From assembly GCA_050084985.1 (NCBI GenBank), contig JBITNC010000001.1, positions 35,960,001 through 36,024,000 of the forward strand: 64,000 bases of DNA, written 5' to 3'. The stretch's first letter is position 1. Every line of letters begins with the position of its first letter. A program made the translations under genes and the position numbers. Positions 50,837 to 64,000 of the stretch are shown piece after piece. Source of the stretch: Nageia nagi. Taxonomy: Eukaryota > Plantae > Pinophyta. Below the pieces are notes generated by a model. The model had not been told where the DNA came from, did no database searches, and saw nothing but the letters and a program-made list of their open reading frames with translations.

Positions 50837-52614
50837 TGTTATAGAAATTGTAACTTGTATTAACAAGGGAGATTATTTTTAATTACCTTATGCTTTAACA
50901 AGTTTAAAATATTTTAGAGGCATTTAGAATGGTAGCAATAGATAAAAAAAACTTTGCTAGAGTTTGATAATGTTGCATATTTTAAATCACATTCCTAGAA
51001 CCTAATGGTACTTTTATTCAATGTATTTTCTTGGAGTGTAATAAACTTATAAATGGATGAAATTTCCTAAAACTTGGCAAAATTGTAATTGTTAAAATAA
51101 TCTCAAAACTTAGTAGTTTTCATCTTTCATACATTCTCCTAGAATGTAGCTAAACTATTTCCAAGGCATATCTAAGGAAAGTAATTTGATCAATTAATAC
51201 TTCTACTTTTTTGGAACCTAGCAGAGTCAACCATGACTCATTTTTCTAGAGTCTATCCTTGTTCTCCAAATCCATTAAAGTTAATGACCATATCCTATTG
51301 GTTGAAATAATCAATAGTCTTAGTTCTACTACCCAAGTATGGGAAGATTGTACAAGATTGTAATATTTTAACAAAGCTTCAACACTTCTCAATCTTATGA
51401 AAATAATATTTCAGTATGAGGCATTAGGTAAAACAATTTCTAGCATTTAGAGTTACACTATGAAATTAATTTAACTTAGATATGTTGTAAATTTCATAAT
51501 TTTGTTAGTTAGTTACATACATACTATAGTTTATAGATTTCTCTTAGGTTCTTATTACTATTGGTAGATATTTTCAAATACGAATCTATATATAAAACTT
51601 AAATCAATGTAAAATAAGGGGTTGGATATTTTAGCATTAAAACCTAAATAATGAAAATCTATTTTTCTAGCCCAAATTGAGTATGATAGTACTTGTACAT
51701 TTATTTCTTCATGAAGTCTTTGTATGGATTAAATGATTACATTTTTATATATTTTCTATTCTCCATGGTATGATGAATGAAATATTTGTTACTATAGCCT
51801 CTACTCTCTTATAATCAAATGATGGATATAAACATTAAAGATATTGTTGTGAGTTAGGGCTCCTTCCTCTAGGTTCTGATAAAAATTTTGGAAGCTTGAG
51901 TTGGCCTTGAGCAAGATCATTTCTATTTATTTCTTGCACTATAAACATTTTTATCTCTTTTAATAACTCTATCCATTTTTAATTTTTTTTTCCATCCTTT
52001 CATGATGGATAAGGCATCATTCTAATAAAATTGGAAAAGAAAATTTGGAATAATATTATCTCCTTTATCTATGATGAGTCTTTTATTAGGTTTCTATCTC
52101 TATCTGTGGGAAGTAAATCTCATGAATTGTTAGTTCTAGGAGCTACTATGAATGGGTAACATCATCTTATCTATGAGAGATATAATCTTATCTAGATTGT
52201 ATTATTTTATATGGTAAAAGTGCAATCTCATTAGTTAGAGACCTAAAATAGGATCAAATTGTATAAAATTGGACCATTCAAAGCTCAAGAGAAACTTATG
52301 AGATACTCATATTAAGAGTTTTCAATTTCCAAAACATGAGAAACTTATGAGCAAAGTAATTATATAAATAACATTTATCTTTGATGTTCCTAGAATCCCC
52401 ATTATTTAACAAATCATAAATTTTTCTATGATTTATGGTAATTTAGATTATTCATAATGGATCACCATGCATTATCCTAGTTAAATAAAATTGAAGGTTG
52501 AATTAACTAAAAATTGATTCATTAAAAGATTATTGATCTATGAATATGTAAAAATATAGAATCCTTATTCTCTTTCATAAGATAAAGAGTCAAATTGAAT
52601 TTTTTGGATTAACA
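50837..52614 (+). repeat. 3' LTR (~1.78 kb)
   Basis: TGTTATAGAAATTG...GGATTAACA; preceded by the PPT and followed by the TSD. Confidence 0.9.
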
Positions 52615-52619
52615 AACAT

Positions 52620-52900
52620 CAATAAACTAGTTCCTCCAAGAATTACACCAGAAGCATAACCTTTCTACAACAACTCTTTAGAATAAAATAGATCCTCACT
52701 ACAAATCACTCTCAACCTCCACACAAGAACATCAAATCAATAATATTATAATGATAAAAAATATTTGTACAACTATACATCAACTTTAATCTAAAAACCA
52801 CTATTTAGAGATGGAAAACTAAGTCAACTTTAACCCAAATTGGTCAAGGAGTTCGAGGAGTAACCCCCCATATTTAGTGTAACCCTAACTAAGAATTAAT
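52620..52900 (-). repeat. Probable continuation of the copia 5' LTR split by the 46979-52614 insertion
   Basis: Joined to 46792-46978 through the AACAT TSD, with similar A/C-rich composition. The right boundary is uncertain. Confidence 0.45.
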
Positions 52901-54540
52901 GGTCATACTGAGCATGATATGAATATCTAAATATGGAATTTAATGCTCTCTATTTTACAATAGGTATAATACAAACCAATTACCAATAGTTAAATGGATG
53001 GGATAGGATTGACTACTAAATAACACTTCCATCACCATCCAATGCCTGATTAGTATACTGACTACTATTGATAGGTTAAATGAATAATTGATTGGTACAT
53101 CATTTGATAACTAAGATAGAGATCCAAAAAAATTTGGTTGAATTAGGCTCTAAAATACAACATCAATTATTATAATTCACTTATAAAATAATAATTTAAG
53201 CTATTATGGTTCCTCTACATGATTAAAAAAAATAGTGATAAAATAATAACTAAGAAATTTGAGATAAATATAATGTGGTTTTGCTACATCCATAGAGGAG
53301 TTTTCAATCCTTATTATAATTAACTCCATAAGCCAAAGAGATTAAAACCAAAAACATGTTCTTATATATTTGGAGCTTTGAATCACTAAGGAATTCTCTT
53401 TTATAGACTCAATCTCTCCTTTATCACTATAATTCATCTTATCAAATTAATGCAACAACTTAGATTTATAATTTACAATTATAATCTTATTTTTAGATTG
53501 AATTAGAGATAAAAATTTATGCATAAATCTACCACAAAATAGCCAAGTTTAGTCCAAAAATTGGAATAAACAAAGAGTGAATTTTTTAGCTTAAAATAAA
53601 ACTTCACATCTCTAGATTCATAATCATCTTGCATTAGAGTAGTCTTGATAAATGAACTAGTTCCATCAAGCTTGATTAGATTTTACACCACTTTGACATG
53701 CCTCAACCTAATTGGATAACCATATATCAAAAAATAGTGTACCTAATTGATTACCATATAGAAATTGATTCCTATATATACTGGTTAAAAAATAGAGATC
53801 ATTTTCTTCCTTCTTCGATCAAGATTCAAGTTGCATTCCCAACATTCAGTTTGCAAAGATTCAATAGAGATTGAAAACTCCTTTTGAGTTGATTCTTTCT
53901 CCATTGGAAAGTATACTTCAATACATTTTTAATGTTTAATAATAATAAAAAATCTATCTTTATTTATTCTTAGCAAAATCATAACTCTTTGGTACCTATT
54001 CACATGGCACAATTGTCATGGTGATCATACTACAACCTAGCAAACTCAACTTTAGAAGTAAATCACTAATGTTCTATAAATTGGATTAAGACATGTGAGT
54101 ACTCATTATAAATTTCTTTTTTATACCTTTCCTATCATACATAAACTTGTTGCTTTGATCAATTTTACTTTGATGAATTTTGCAAGTTCTTTAGCTTATC
54201 TTTCATTAAGGTGAAACAATAGTTCTGCAATTGCTAATACCTCAAACCTCCAATCATTAGTCAATAGTGAGAATTTAGGCTTGTCAACTTCAAAATATTC
54301 AATTAAGGTGCATTTAATCTTTATGTTCTATCAATTTAACCTAAATTACATTAGGCATAAACCATGTTATGTGGGTACATTTGTGGTACTAAGTATTGAG
54401 AAATACCCCCTCACTTCAACCAAATTGAAGGACTTGGAAAACATAATGCAATCCTAAATTTATATAGCCTATTGGTATATAGGATTATATCATTTATTAA
54501 GTTCAAATATTGATTATATTCCTTAGTGTTGAAATCCAAG

Positions 54541-54621
54541 TGACTATATCTACTTTTCTATATTTGGTAGTAATGAACCTAATTGACTATATCTACTTTT
54601 CTATATTTTTGTAGTGATGAA
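54541..54621 (+). repeat. Short near-tandem duplication (~37 bp)
   Basis: TGACTATATCTACTTTTCTATATTT..GTAGT.ATGAA at 54541 and 54584. Confidence 0.85.
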
Positions 54622-55125
54622 ATATGAGATACTATAGAGGAATAAAAACCAATAGTTATTTTTATTCTATGGATAACCTCTTATTGTAAGGATAGAGCAT
54701 ACATGATTATTGGTTTATCATGTATAAAGTATTTTCATAAACAAAAGAAAAGTAAAAAAGAAAACTTTTCTCTTAAGTGAGAAGCCTAAAATATTTTTTT
54801 CCTTAATAATGAAAGAAGAAATAAAATAAAATATTTATTTATTTCTATGAAAATAAAGAGTTTTGAAATGAAAAGGTAGTAAATTCAATTTTAAGTGAAA
54901 ATAAGCTTAGAATCTTTTCAATTCCTTTAGATCATATTTTAATGCAAGAGGAGAGGATACTATGTTTTTGATGTAATTTTTGTGTGCATGTATTTCAAAT
55001 AAAAAATTGATCATTTGAAGAAATCAAAAGATTTTATCATTTTGATTTCTTCTAAATTGTAAAAATAAAATATATAAACTAAATATTCCTTTACTTAAAA
55101 GGAAATAATAGTCTTTCTATCAATT

Positions 55126-55818
55126 TGTTAATGCCTAAAAAGGAATTTTAATTTAATTAAAATACCTTTTTATGTATTTGAAATCATTTATTAAATAAAT
55201 ACTTTTTTCAATGTACACTCTCATCTACCTTTATGTTTTGTGGTAATAGGTCCACTCAGCTTATCATAATACCTATTTCTTGTAAATATGGAGGGTTTAT
55301 GCATGATCAAAGATATGATATGACATGACATAATCCCAAATCCTTGATAGGTGGTAATATACTTGGTCATTATTGTATTTCTTAACACCACGTATCATTT
55401 TTGCATTTTGTTATACTTTAAGATCTACATTCTTATGATCTTGCATCCATTTCTAAGTGAGATTTTGTGCATTGAAGGTGGGACAATGACATTAAGAAAA
55501 AAGGAAAGGCATTCTTGAATAGTAAGAAAACTAGGTGATGTAGTTAGGTTCCAAGTTTCAGTGTTGGGTTGAGGTCAGATTCATGGCCCCATATTTTATA
55601 GAAGCTCATCATTCATCCTATTTTATTTTAATATCTCCTTTGATCATAGTCACTATTAAAATATAAGTTTGTATCTTTCATAAATCTAATTTTGATAGGT
55701 CAAGTTCAATTAGTTCATTATTGTCTTTCATGTCATTGATTTTCTATTTTTTCATAGTTAATTATTTAAATTGAATATTTTATAAATAACCTTAATTATT
55801 ATTATTTTAGTTATAACA
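55126..55818 (+). repeat. 5' LTR of the Tat-family element
   Basis: Reverse-complement homologue of 5808-6533, with the PBS immediately downstream. Confidence 0.88.
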
Positions 55819-58800
55819 ATTGGTGAACTTGACTTATTTTGAATACATTGATATATCCTTCACTAGTTACACCAAAAACCTAAGGTTTTAGATAGTACTA
55901 ATATTTTCTTTTAATTGTTTCAAAAATGGAACCAACTAATTTCTTGCAATGGTAAATAGATTTAATGATGCAACCAAAGCTAATATGAAGAAAATGCTAT
56001 ATAGAAATGAGGAAAGAAGTGAAACCTCTAACATTTGGGGTAATATTTGATCCATTAGAGGTGCTCCACCCATATCTAAGGATTCGAATCCACTGTGTGA
56101 TAATATTTGCAATATTATGATAGTCAATTTGTAAGTGAAAACTAATTTCAATACATATGATGATCAGGGATATCCTATAGCTCATATCAAGGATTTCAAA
56201 ATGAGGTTTGAATTAAAATTTAGGGTGAATGATAATTTTATTACTAAGTACTTCTCTACTACATTCAAAGGTGATGCACTCAATTGGTACTTTTCTTTAC
56301 CTACTAAATCAATTAATTTTATGCATAACTTATTTTAGAATTTTATATGCATTTCAAATATCATACTTCTAGAAAAATGATAGTTTTAGATTTAGTTAGT
56401 TCTATCTAATATCCAAATGAGAAATTTGATAAATTTTCTCAAAGATTCAAAAACATATGGAGAATGATTCTTGAACCCTTTTTTGAGTCTCATATCACAT
56501 CCATGTTTATCCATAATATCCATCCTAAATTGAAGTTCATAGCTTTGGATTATATGATACTACCATTTACAAAAATTATGCATATGCTTACCTAAAAAGA
56601 GAAGTGCTTAGTTGATATGGGTTACTTGAAAAATGGAAACACTAATAAGTAAAATAATGGAGGTAGATGTTAGGAAAAGGAATATAAATAGGTCCATGTG
56701 ATAGAAGAACCCCATCTAAAGGGAACAAAAGATTTGAGCAAAGAAAAATTTTAGGAAGAAACTAGGTTACCTTTGGTCCCTATCATTATGTTCAAGAATT
56801 ACCTACAAAAGTGACTAATCAAACCTAATCTGAAATAAGAACTAGGTACTCATTATGATAAACTTAGTTAGTACAATGAAGTAGAATTTTATGAATACCA
56901 CAAGGTTAAAGCTCACAAAATGAATACATATATGACCCTAAGTAAATAATTGCAAAAATTGTTAGATGATGGTAAAATAAAGTATGAGTCCTATGTAGTT
57001 AACTTAGAGGAAGTTAGACCCCTTAGAGAATATCATCTTCAACCAAGAACTATGTGATGTCTCTAAGAGAGAAAGACCTAGAGGGAGTCTCAATACATCC
57101 ATAATAGAATGGATAGAGGTCCCTCAAAATTTTGGTAACTCATACCAAGATAAGTATTTTTTAACATTTAGAATTTTTAATTGATCATATAAATGGTTTA
57201 TTCGATATGTAAAAAAAAATTGAAGTTCATGTAGACATTCCTATTACTAAATTTATGTAATTAGTAGCTAATCTTGATACCAATTTAGTTTGTAACATGA
57301 TTTTCTTCTAAGAGAATGAATAACCTGCTAAAGATGTTATTGAAAAGAATTTAAGACTATATACCCATATTAATCTTTATTGTATTCTTATTAAAAAAGA
57401 ATTGATTGATACTAGTTCAAATGTAAATGTATGTTCAGTTGAATTCTTACAAAAGTATTTTCCTTTGATTTATGTAAAAATGAAAAGTACCACTATTAGC
57501 ATAAAAGGGTTTGGTAATGCTGAAATGAAATGTATTAGATATGTGTCTATACCTATTAAAGTAGGTGGTAAAATTGTTCATAAAATTTTTTATACTTTTC
57601 AAGTGAAATTACCATATAACTTGTTTCTTGGTAGACCATGGATCCATAATATTAGGGATATTGCCTCCATATTGCATCAATTGATTAAATTTATGTATAA
57701 AAATAAGTAGGTTACTATTTATATAAAATAAATTCCTATATATGTATGTCAAGTAGCTGATAAGTTTTGGATCCCTCATAATTTGGTTGAAAGTGAGAAA
57801 TATATACCAATACCTATCAACAACATCACACCATAAGAGGTAGTTCTTAGATCATATAAAATCCTAAAGATTGATATTTGGGAGAATGTTAGGAAGCTTG
57901 GATGACCTCTTTCTATCTTGAAAATGCAATGTTTCCCCCTAGAGAAGGATGAAGTTGAGCACTATTGCTTCATTGATGAGAAGAATGATAATTCCATTGA
58001 AGACATGAATATTTTTTATCAGGAACATGAAGAAAAAAGTACATCTAATAATGAAGATACAACTTTTATTTTACAAATTTCATCAGCTTAGATAAGCATG
58101 CATTTCAATAGTATTGATTTTATTTTGCTAATAAATATTTCCATAAATATAAATATGGTGGAAAAGGATTAGGTAATATTGAGAAGGATATCATAGAGCC
58201 TATTATAAATGAATGTCAACACAAAAGAATAATCAGTGTTGGATTTGATGAGGCTACACCAAGCTCATCAACATCAGCTCCAATAATTCAACATGTTGAT
58301 AGTAGTGATAAGGATTGCATAAGAGATATATTTGATGAATTATTGCATTATAACATGATCCATGGTCTTATGAAGGATTTATGGCTTACTAGACCGATTA
58401 TTACCTCCTATGGCTCCCTTTTGAGTAGACATCTTCTAAATTAATGATGATATTCTTTAGAAGCTAGGGGAATAGAGTGAGTTTCCCAAATCTAATGAAA
58501 AGAGGGTTGCATCTTGGTTCATGCAACATCAAACTTATTTTAGTGGGGAGGTATATATAGATGAAGAAGATATTATAGGAATGGAGGCATTGCTTATGAC
58601 TCACCAAATCAAATGATGAAATATCATATCTATGTGAAGAAATGATAGAAGTAAACATTGGTACCCAAGAGGGCCTAAAGTTGATCAAAATAGAATCTTT
58701 TTTAACCTTGGAAGAATATAAAAGGTACCACATACTATTAAATGAATTATCTAATATTTTTGTTTGGTCTTATTTTGATATGCCTATTCTTGATCTTAAT

Positions 58801-60812
58801 TTTTTCACTCATAGACTAGTTATCAATAAAAATGTAAAACCAGTCCAACAAAAACCTAGAAAGGTGCATCTTAGAGTAACCCTTTCTATTAAAAATGAAA
58901 TCAAAAAAGTATTTCATTGTTGATTTTATTATTTATATTGATTATTCTCCATGGATTTATAACATTATGCCTATAGATAAGCCTAATAGTGAAATAAGAT
59001 GTATATATTTTAGGGATGTTAAAAGGCATATCCTAAATATGCTTTTCCTTTTCCTAACATTGATATTATTGTATATTCAACAACTAGACATGAAATTTTA
59101 TCTTTCATGGATAATTTTTCTAGATACAACCAAATAAAGATCAATAAGGAGGATCAACATAATATAACTTTTGATACTCCTTGAGGCATATTTTGTTTTG
59201 GTGGTCATGCCTTTTGGTCTAAATAATGTAGGTGCAACTTATCAAAGAGCCATGGTGAGTATGTTTCATGATATGATCGATGATAATGTTAAGGTGTATG
59301 TTCATGACATTCTAGAAAATGTCACAACCAAAAATGATCACATTTCAGATTTGGAAAGGATTTTATAAAAAATTAGAGAAAAGAAGTTGAATTTAAAGCA
59401 TCAAAAATATGTATTTGCATTATGATTAGGTAAATTATTTGGTTTTATTATTTCAAGAAGAGGTATATAGGTAGATCCCAAAAATATTTTAGTCATTATT
59501 GATTTTTTCTCCTCCTAGGAATTTGAAGGAGTTGAGAAGTCTTTAAGAAAAAGCTCAAGTAGTCAAAAGGTTTATTGCTCTATTAGTAGATATGACTTTC
59601 CTATTTTCTCTTTTTCTAAAGAAAGGTGAGAAATTCATTTGGGATAAGAAGTGTCAAAAGGATTTGGATAACATCAAAAGGTACCTTATTAATGCTCTAG
59701 TCTTAGCCTACTATAAGTTCATATAAGATCTTGTTACTTTATGTTTCAACAATATTAAGTGCATTAGGGGCAATGTTAGCTCAAAAGGATGATAGTAATA
59801 AGAAAAGAGCAATCTATTATATTAGTAAGAGTTTACTTGATTATGAGACAAGGTAAACTCCAATAGAAAAGATGTATTTTGTTATAGTCTTCTCAATCAA
59901 AAAGTTAATACAATACCTACTTGGAAATACAATACATGTCATAGCTTAGGTTGATCCTCTTATATATCTCATGTCCAAATCCTACCTATTTGAAAGAATT
60001 GCAAAGTGCATAATGTTACTCCAAGAGTTTGATTTGGTTTTTATCACTCTAAAATTAATAAATGGATAGGAAATAGTAAATTTCATCACCAATCATCCAT
60101 GAAATTAAGTATCCTAAACCAAATAAGAGTTTTCTAATAAACTGGACTACTAGAATGACCATGATCCTACATCATTGTATTCCTACATTGTCACTCTATT
60201 CCTATGACTTAGTACCCATAATTGTTTTTTGGTTTTATGAAAAATAATTAGTGGCCTCTATTCTTTGATGGTTCTTAGTGTATTCATAGAGCCTATAGGA
60301 ATTATCCTCATCAATCCTCATGGTGATGTTATCCCTATATCTTATCATTTAATTTTTGATTGCACTAACAATATGGTAGAATATGAGGCTCTTATCTTAG
60401 GTCTAAAGGTTGTAAATAATCTAAAAGTAAAAAGGATAAAAATATTTGGTTGACTTTCAACTAATCATGAAGTAAGTGTCTAATAACCACAACACCAAAC
60501 ATCCCAAGTTATAATCGTATAAAGAAATGGTGAAAAATCTCCTTATTTACTTTAACGAGTATGAAATTGATAATATTCCAAGAGATAACAACATGTATGC
60601 TAATGTTATGGAAGTTTCATTTCCCTTACTCCTATTAACATAGAAGATGAAAAAATTATTCTTATAATAAAAAATATAGTTAAGCCATCTTATGAGTATA
60701 TTATTGAAGATTTTTTTTAAGATCATTATTATGCAGCTACTTGTATCAATATGTGTGAATGGTATCAAGATTTTTTAATTACCTTAAAGATGTTGTTATT
60801 CCTTACCTTTGA
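55126..60812 (+). mobile_element. Truncated Tat/Ogre-type gypsy retrotransposon (same family)
   Basis: LTR 55126-55818 (TG...CA), PBS TGGTGAAC at 55821, gag ~55927-56990 (YFSTTFKGDALNWYFSLP), protease IDTSSNVNV/LFLGRPWIH (57402-57710), G-patch KYGGKGLG ~58151-58175, RT MPFGLNNVGATYQRAM...YVHDIL (59171-59368), RNase H, and a second RNase H TNNMVEYEALILGL (60265-60453). Cut before the integrase core. Confidence 0.9.
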
Positions 60813-63800
60813 TTTGAATAAATTAACCCATTATGAATTAACTTCTAATCTACTAAGATCTCAAGAAGGCACTTTCAACACCCACACTATAGCATAATAA
60901 CTCAAACCAATCTTATAAATAAAACAAGATATAAAGTGGTTCCTCCCTCCTTGGAAGTATGCCCAACCCACTAACTAATATCTTCTTATTCTCAAGAACC
61001 TCTCTTACAAAATATCTTCTCTCTCTCTCACTCTAAACCTATAGCAAAGCTTACATAATAATTAAGTAACTTGAGAAATGGAGGGTTCTTCTCTTTTTAT
61101 AATAAGAAACCCACTCCATAATTAATCTCTTTTCTATTTTCAACCCTTTACCTATTTTTGATCTCATGCATATTTTTAATTCTTCTTCTATTTTATTTCT
61201 TTAATACTTTAATATATCTAATGATACTTTAAGTATTAAGTGATGAATTTATACTAAAGATAAATATTACATAATATTACATTACAAATTCTAACACTTC
61301 TCCTTAGTGTAATATTGGGATATGGTATAAAGAGAAGAATAAAGATAGAGTAAGAGAAAGTTATCCTTCAAAGAGATACAAATGGAGATGAAAAATTTTA
61401 TAGCAATGAGAAATAAGTAAGATCTTAGTTTGAGACTCATTACAATACTATTTAAAAATATGACTTACAATACAATCATTAACCATAACTAGTTTCACTG
61501 TAAGTGTAATCAATCAACACTAAGTTGACATGTGAGCTTCCATGAGCTTGCTCACCCAAAGTAACTTGCATTCTAAAGATGAAACCTGCAAGCTACAAAT
61601 AGCTCATAAACAAGATCAATTAGATTCTTCATATAAGATTAATATCAATCATAAGATAAATGAATTAAGTAATGCCATCAATAAACTGATCAATTATGCA
61701 CTATAAGTTATCACAAAGATGCCAATCCAATACTTATAATCATTTGCTATATATAAAATATGTGTTGATCAATAACAAAAAAGTATATGCATTAATATAA
61801 GTTACTCACATATGGATAACCAAATAGTACCAACAAACACATACTAGTTCTTTACATAGTGGTAACAAAAAATAAAATGTACCATGATTTCCTCACATAG
61901 TGTAAACTAACTACAAAGGTGTACATTTAGATCAAATTATACAATAAAAATAGCCTCTTAAGGATGAAGTTGTCATCATATATATGAATTTAACATAGGA
62001 ATTCAAACTTCACTCCCCCTTGAGGACAAATTATCTACCATAAGAAATTTTTGAAGTGTGCACAACAAAGTTTCTAAAGTGGCTAATGAATAAATAGGAG
62101 AGGCAAAGTTAGATCAACAAAGCTACAGTTGTTTCATTAAAAAAATTCTTCCTAATATAATATACTTGTATTTGGGGTACACTATAATTCATAACTAAGA
62201 TTCCAAGCCCATACTTATAGTCACCAAATAGAGGAATGTATATATAAAGTATACAAACCAAAAAAAAGTTCAATGACTATATTAAGAATAAAGAAATTAT
62301 AATGGATTCAACAAAATTTTAACATTTACTTCCTTTTTGAGGGAAACTTCACCAACCCAATAAACTCCCTAAACTTACAAAAATGAGCTTTAAGAAGAGG
62401 CTTGGTGAACAAATCAATAGAGATTAGGACTAATGCAAAATATTGGAAGAGTATAAAACCATCTAGAACATTCTCTCTAATAAAGTGTGCTTGGATTTCT
62501 ACATGCTTTATTCTTTGATGGAAAATAAGATTCTTTGCCAAAAAAAATAGTTGATTGATTATGTAAAAATATTTGAGATGGATGAACTTGCTCATACCTT
62601 ATTTTTTTAGAAGATGCCTCAACCAAATGGCTTCTTGATCTATAACTGATATTGCATGATATTCAACTTTAGTGGTGGAGAGAATAGTAGTAGGTTACTT
62701 CTTGGATGCCTAAGAGATATCACCTAAATTAACACTAAAAACATAAGTAGAGGTTGATTTTGTCATATCTATCACCCCAATAGTTAGAATCTAAGAATAT
62801 TAAGAGAATAAATGAGTGCAATTTGTCTTATTTGAGAGTAAGATCTTTAGTGTTAGTAATATACCTCAAAATTTGCTTAACAACATTGAAGTTCTCAACA
62901 TATGACTCTTGCATAAAGTGAAATGTCAAATTCATGGCAGAGGAAATATTTAGCCTAGATATAGTCAATTAAATAAGAATACCAATTAGTTTCCTATAAG
63001 TTGTATCATCTACCAATTGAGGGTTAGAACTAAAAGACAAAGTGATTCTAGGAGAGTCTAGAATTGCAGCATGCTTGCACTTCTCCATTTCAATTTTTTG
63101 TAAGATGTATGAGATATAATTGGGTTGAATAAGATAAGTATAATATTTGTATTGGTATACTTGCATACTAAGGTAGTAGTACAATAGACCAAGATCAATC
63201 ATTTCAAATGTTGCCTTAAGTTTGAATATGCAATCATATATGAGAACCATATTATTCCCTATAATCAACAAATCATCCACGTAAAGAAGAATCAAGATCA
63301 AGTATTATGTTGAGCATATAAATATCTATTTTAAAGAAGCATTTAGAAAACCTAATGTCCTCAAAGTATCTTTAAATCACTTTGTACTAGGCCTTAGGTG
63401 CTTCCTTAAGTCCATACAAATACTTATGTAACTTGCAAACAAGTGATCCTTTACCTTCCATAATAAAACCTTCTAGTTTACTCATGTATATTTCCATATC
63501 TAAGTAACTATTGGGAAAAATACTCTTGATATCAAGTTGAAAAACTTTTCATCCTTGTGCTATTGAAAGAGTAAGTATTACCCTAATAGTAGGCATCTTT
63601 ACTACTAGAGCAAAGGTTTTCTCAAAATTAAATTCATATTTTTGAGAGAAACCCTTAGCTACTAACTTTGATTTGTATTTTTCAATCTCTCTAATAGAAT
63701 TATATTTGAACTTATAAATCCATTTATTACCAATCACATTTCATTCATTGGGATAAAGAATCAAATCTTAAGTTTGATTTTTCATTAGATCCTCATACTC

Positions 63801-64000
63801 CACATTCATTACATTTACCCAGTACTCATGCTTTGAAGCTTCCTTATAGTATGAGGGTTCATTCTTAATATAAATTTTAGTAAATAAGTATTTATTAATG
63901 GTCATACTCCTTATTACCCTTTATTTTGGAGTGTTTTTATTCCTTAGTTGATAGATCCACACTGACATCTAACCAATTAGAAGTAACAAAAGAATCATCA
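60813..64000 (-). mobile_element. Ty1/copia 3' half: RT, RNase H, 3' region, PPT and 3' LTR
   Basis: RT IGNKWIYKFK...KLVAKGFSQ (63549-63737) and LLYVDDLLI (62969-63301); RNase H KHVEIQAHFIRE/DLFTKPL (62326-62595); PPT ~61297-61308; LTR ~60813-61296 with right boundary CTAACA on the plus strand. Left boundary approximate; the element runs off the window. Confidence 0.88.

Larger units (their letters stand above)
46979..52614 (+). mobile_element. Complete non-autonomous long-LTR retroelement (LARD-like, Tat-type PBS)
   Basis: LTRs at 46979-48822 and 50837-52614. TSD AACAT at 46974-46978 and 52615-52619. Decayed PBS TGACATACCTAATGGGA (48832-48848) and PPT GAAGGGGG (~50823-50830). The ~2 kb interior has no recognisable pol. 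Confidence 0.9.

Noticed and set aside
53000-55100. Possible transposon or gene remnant
   Set aside because: No motif, repeat partner or terminus could be identified by eye.

Overview
This is very AT-rich, gene-free plant heterochromatin, probably from a large gymnosperm/conifer-type genome (inferred from the TE lineages and PPR sequence style; species not determined). It is almost entirely old, nested, C-to-T/G-to-A-decayed transposons, with no intact protein-coding gene, rRNA, tRNA or CRISPR array. Most ORFs in the supplied track are pseudogene fragments or antisense noise. Transposon content: (a) three members of one Ty3/gypsy Tat/Ogre-type family, namely a complete gag-only non-autonomous copy at 1381-6533 (TSD TAATA) and two truncated gag-pol copies at about 38830-44974 (minus) and 55126-60812 (plus); (b) a non-autonomous long-LTR element at 46979-52614 (TSD AACAT); (c) three copia fragments, two chromovirus-like gypsy fragments and a LINE ORF1 remnant. 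Three features stand out. First, a ~10 kb inverted repeat (26493-36495) appears to have integrated as one unit into a gypsy integrase tail. Second, many shattered PLS-class PPR-E-DYW pseudogene pieces occur between 925 and 15945, plus a tandem array of PPR-motif units at 25176-26400. Third, a single ~500 bp CpG/CHG-retaining island (about 11430-11965) carries palindromes, a TATA box and a downstream fold-back. All translations and identity values were read by hand and are approximate.
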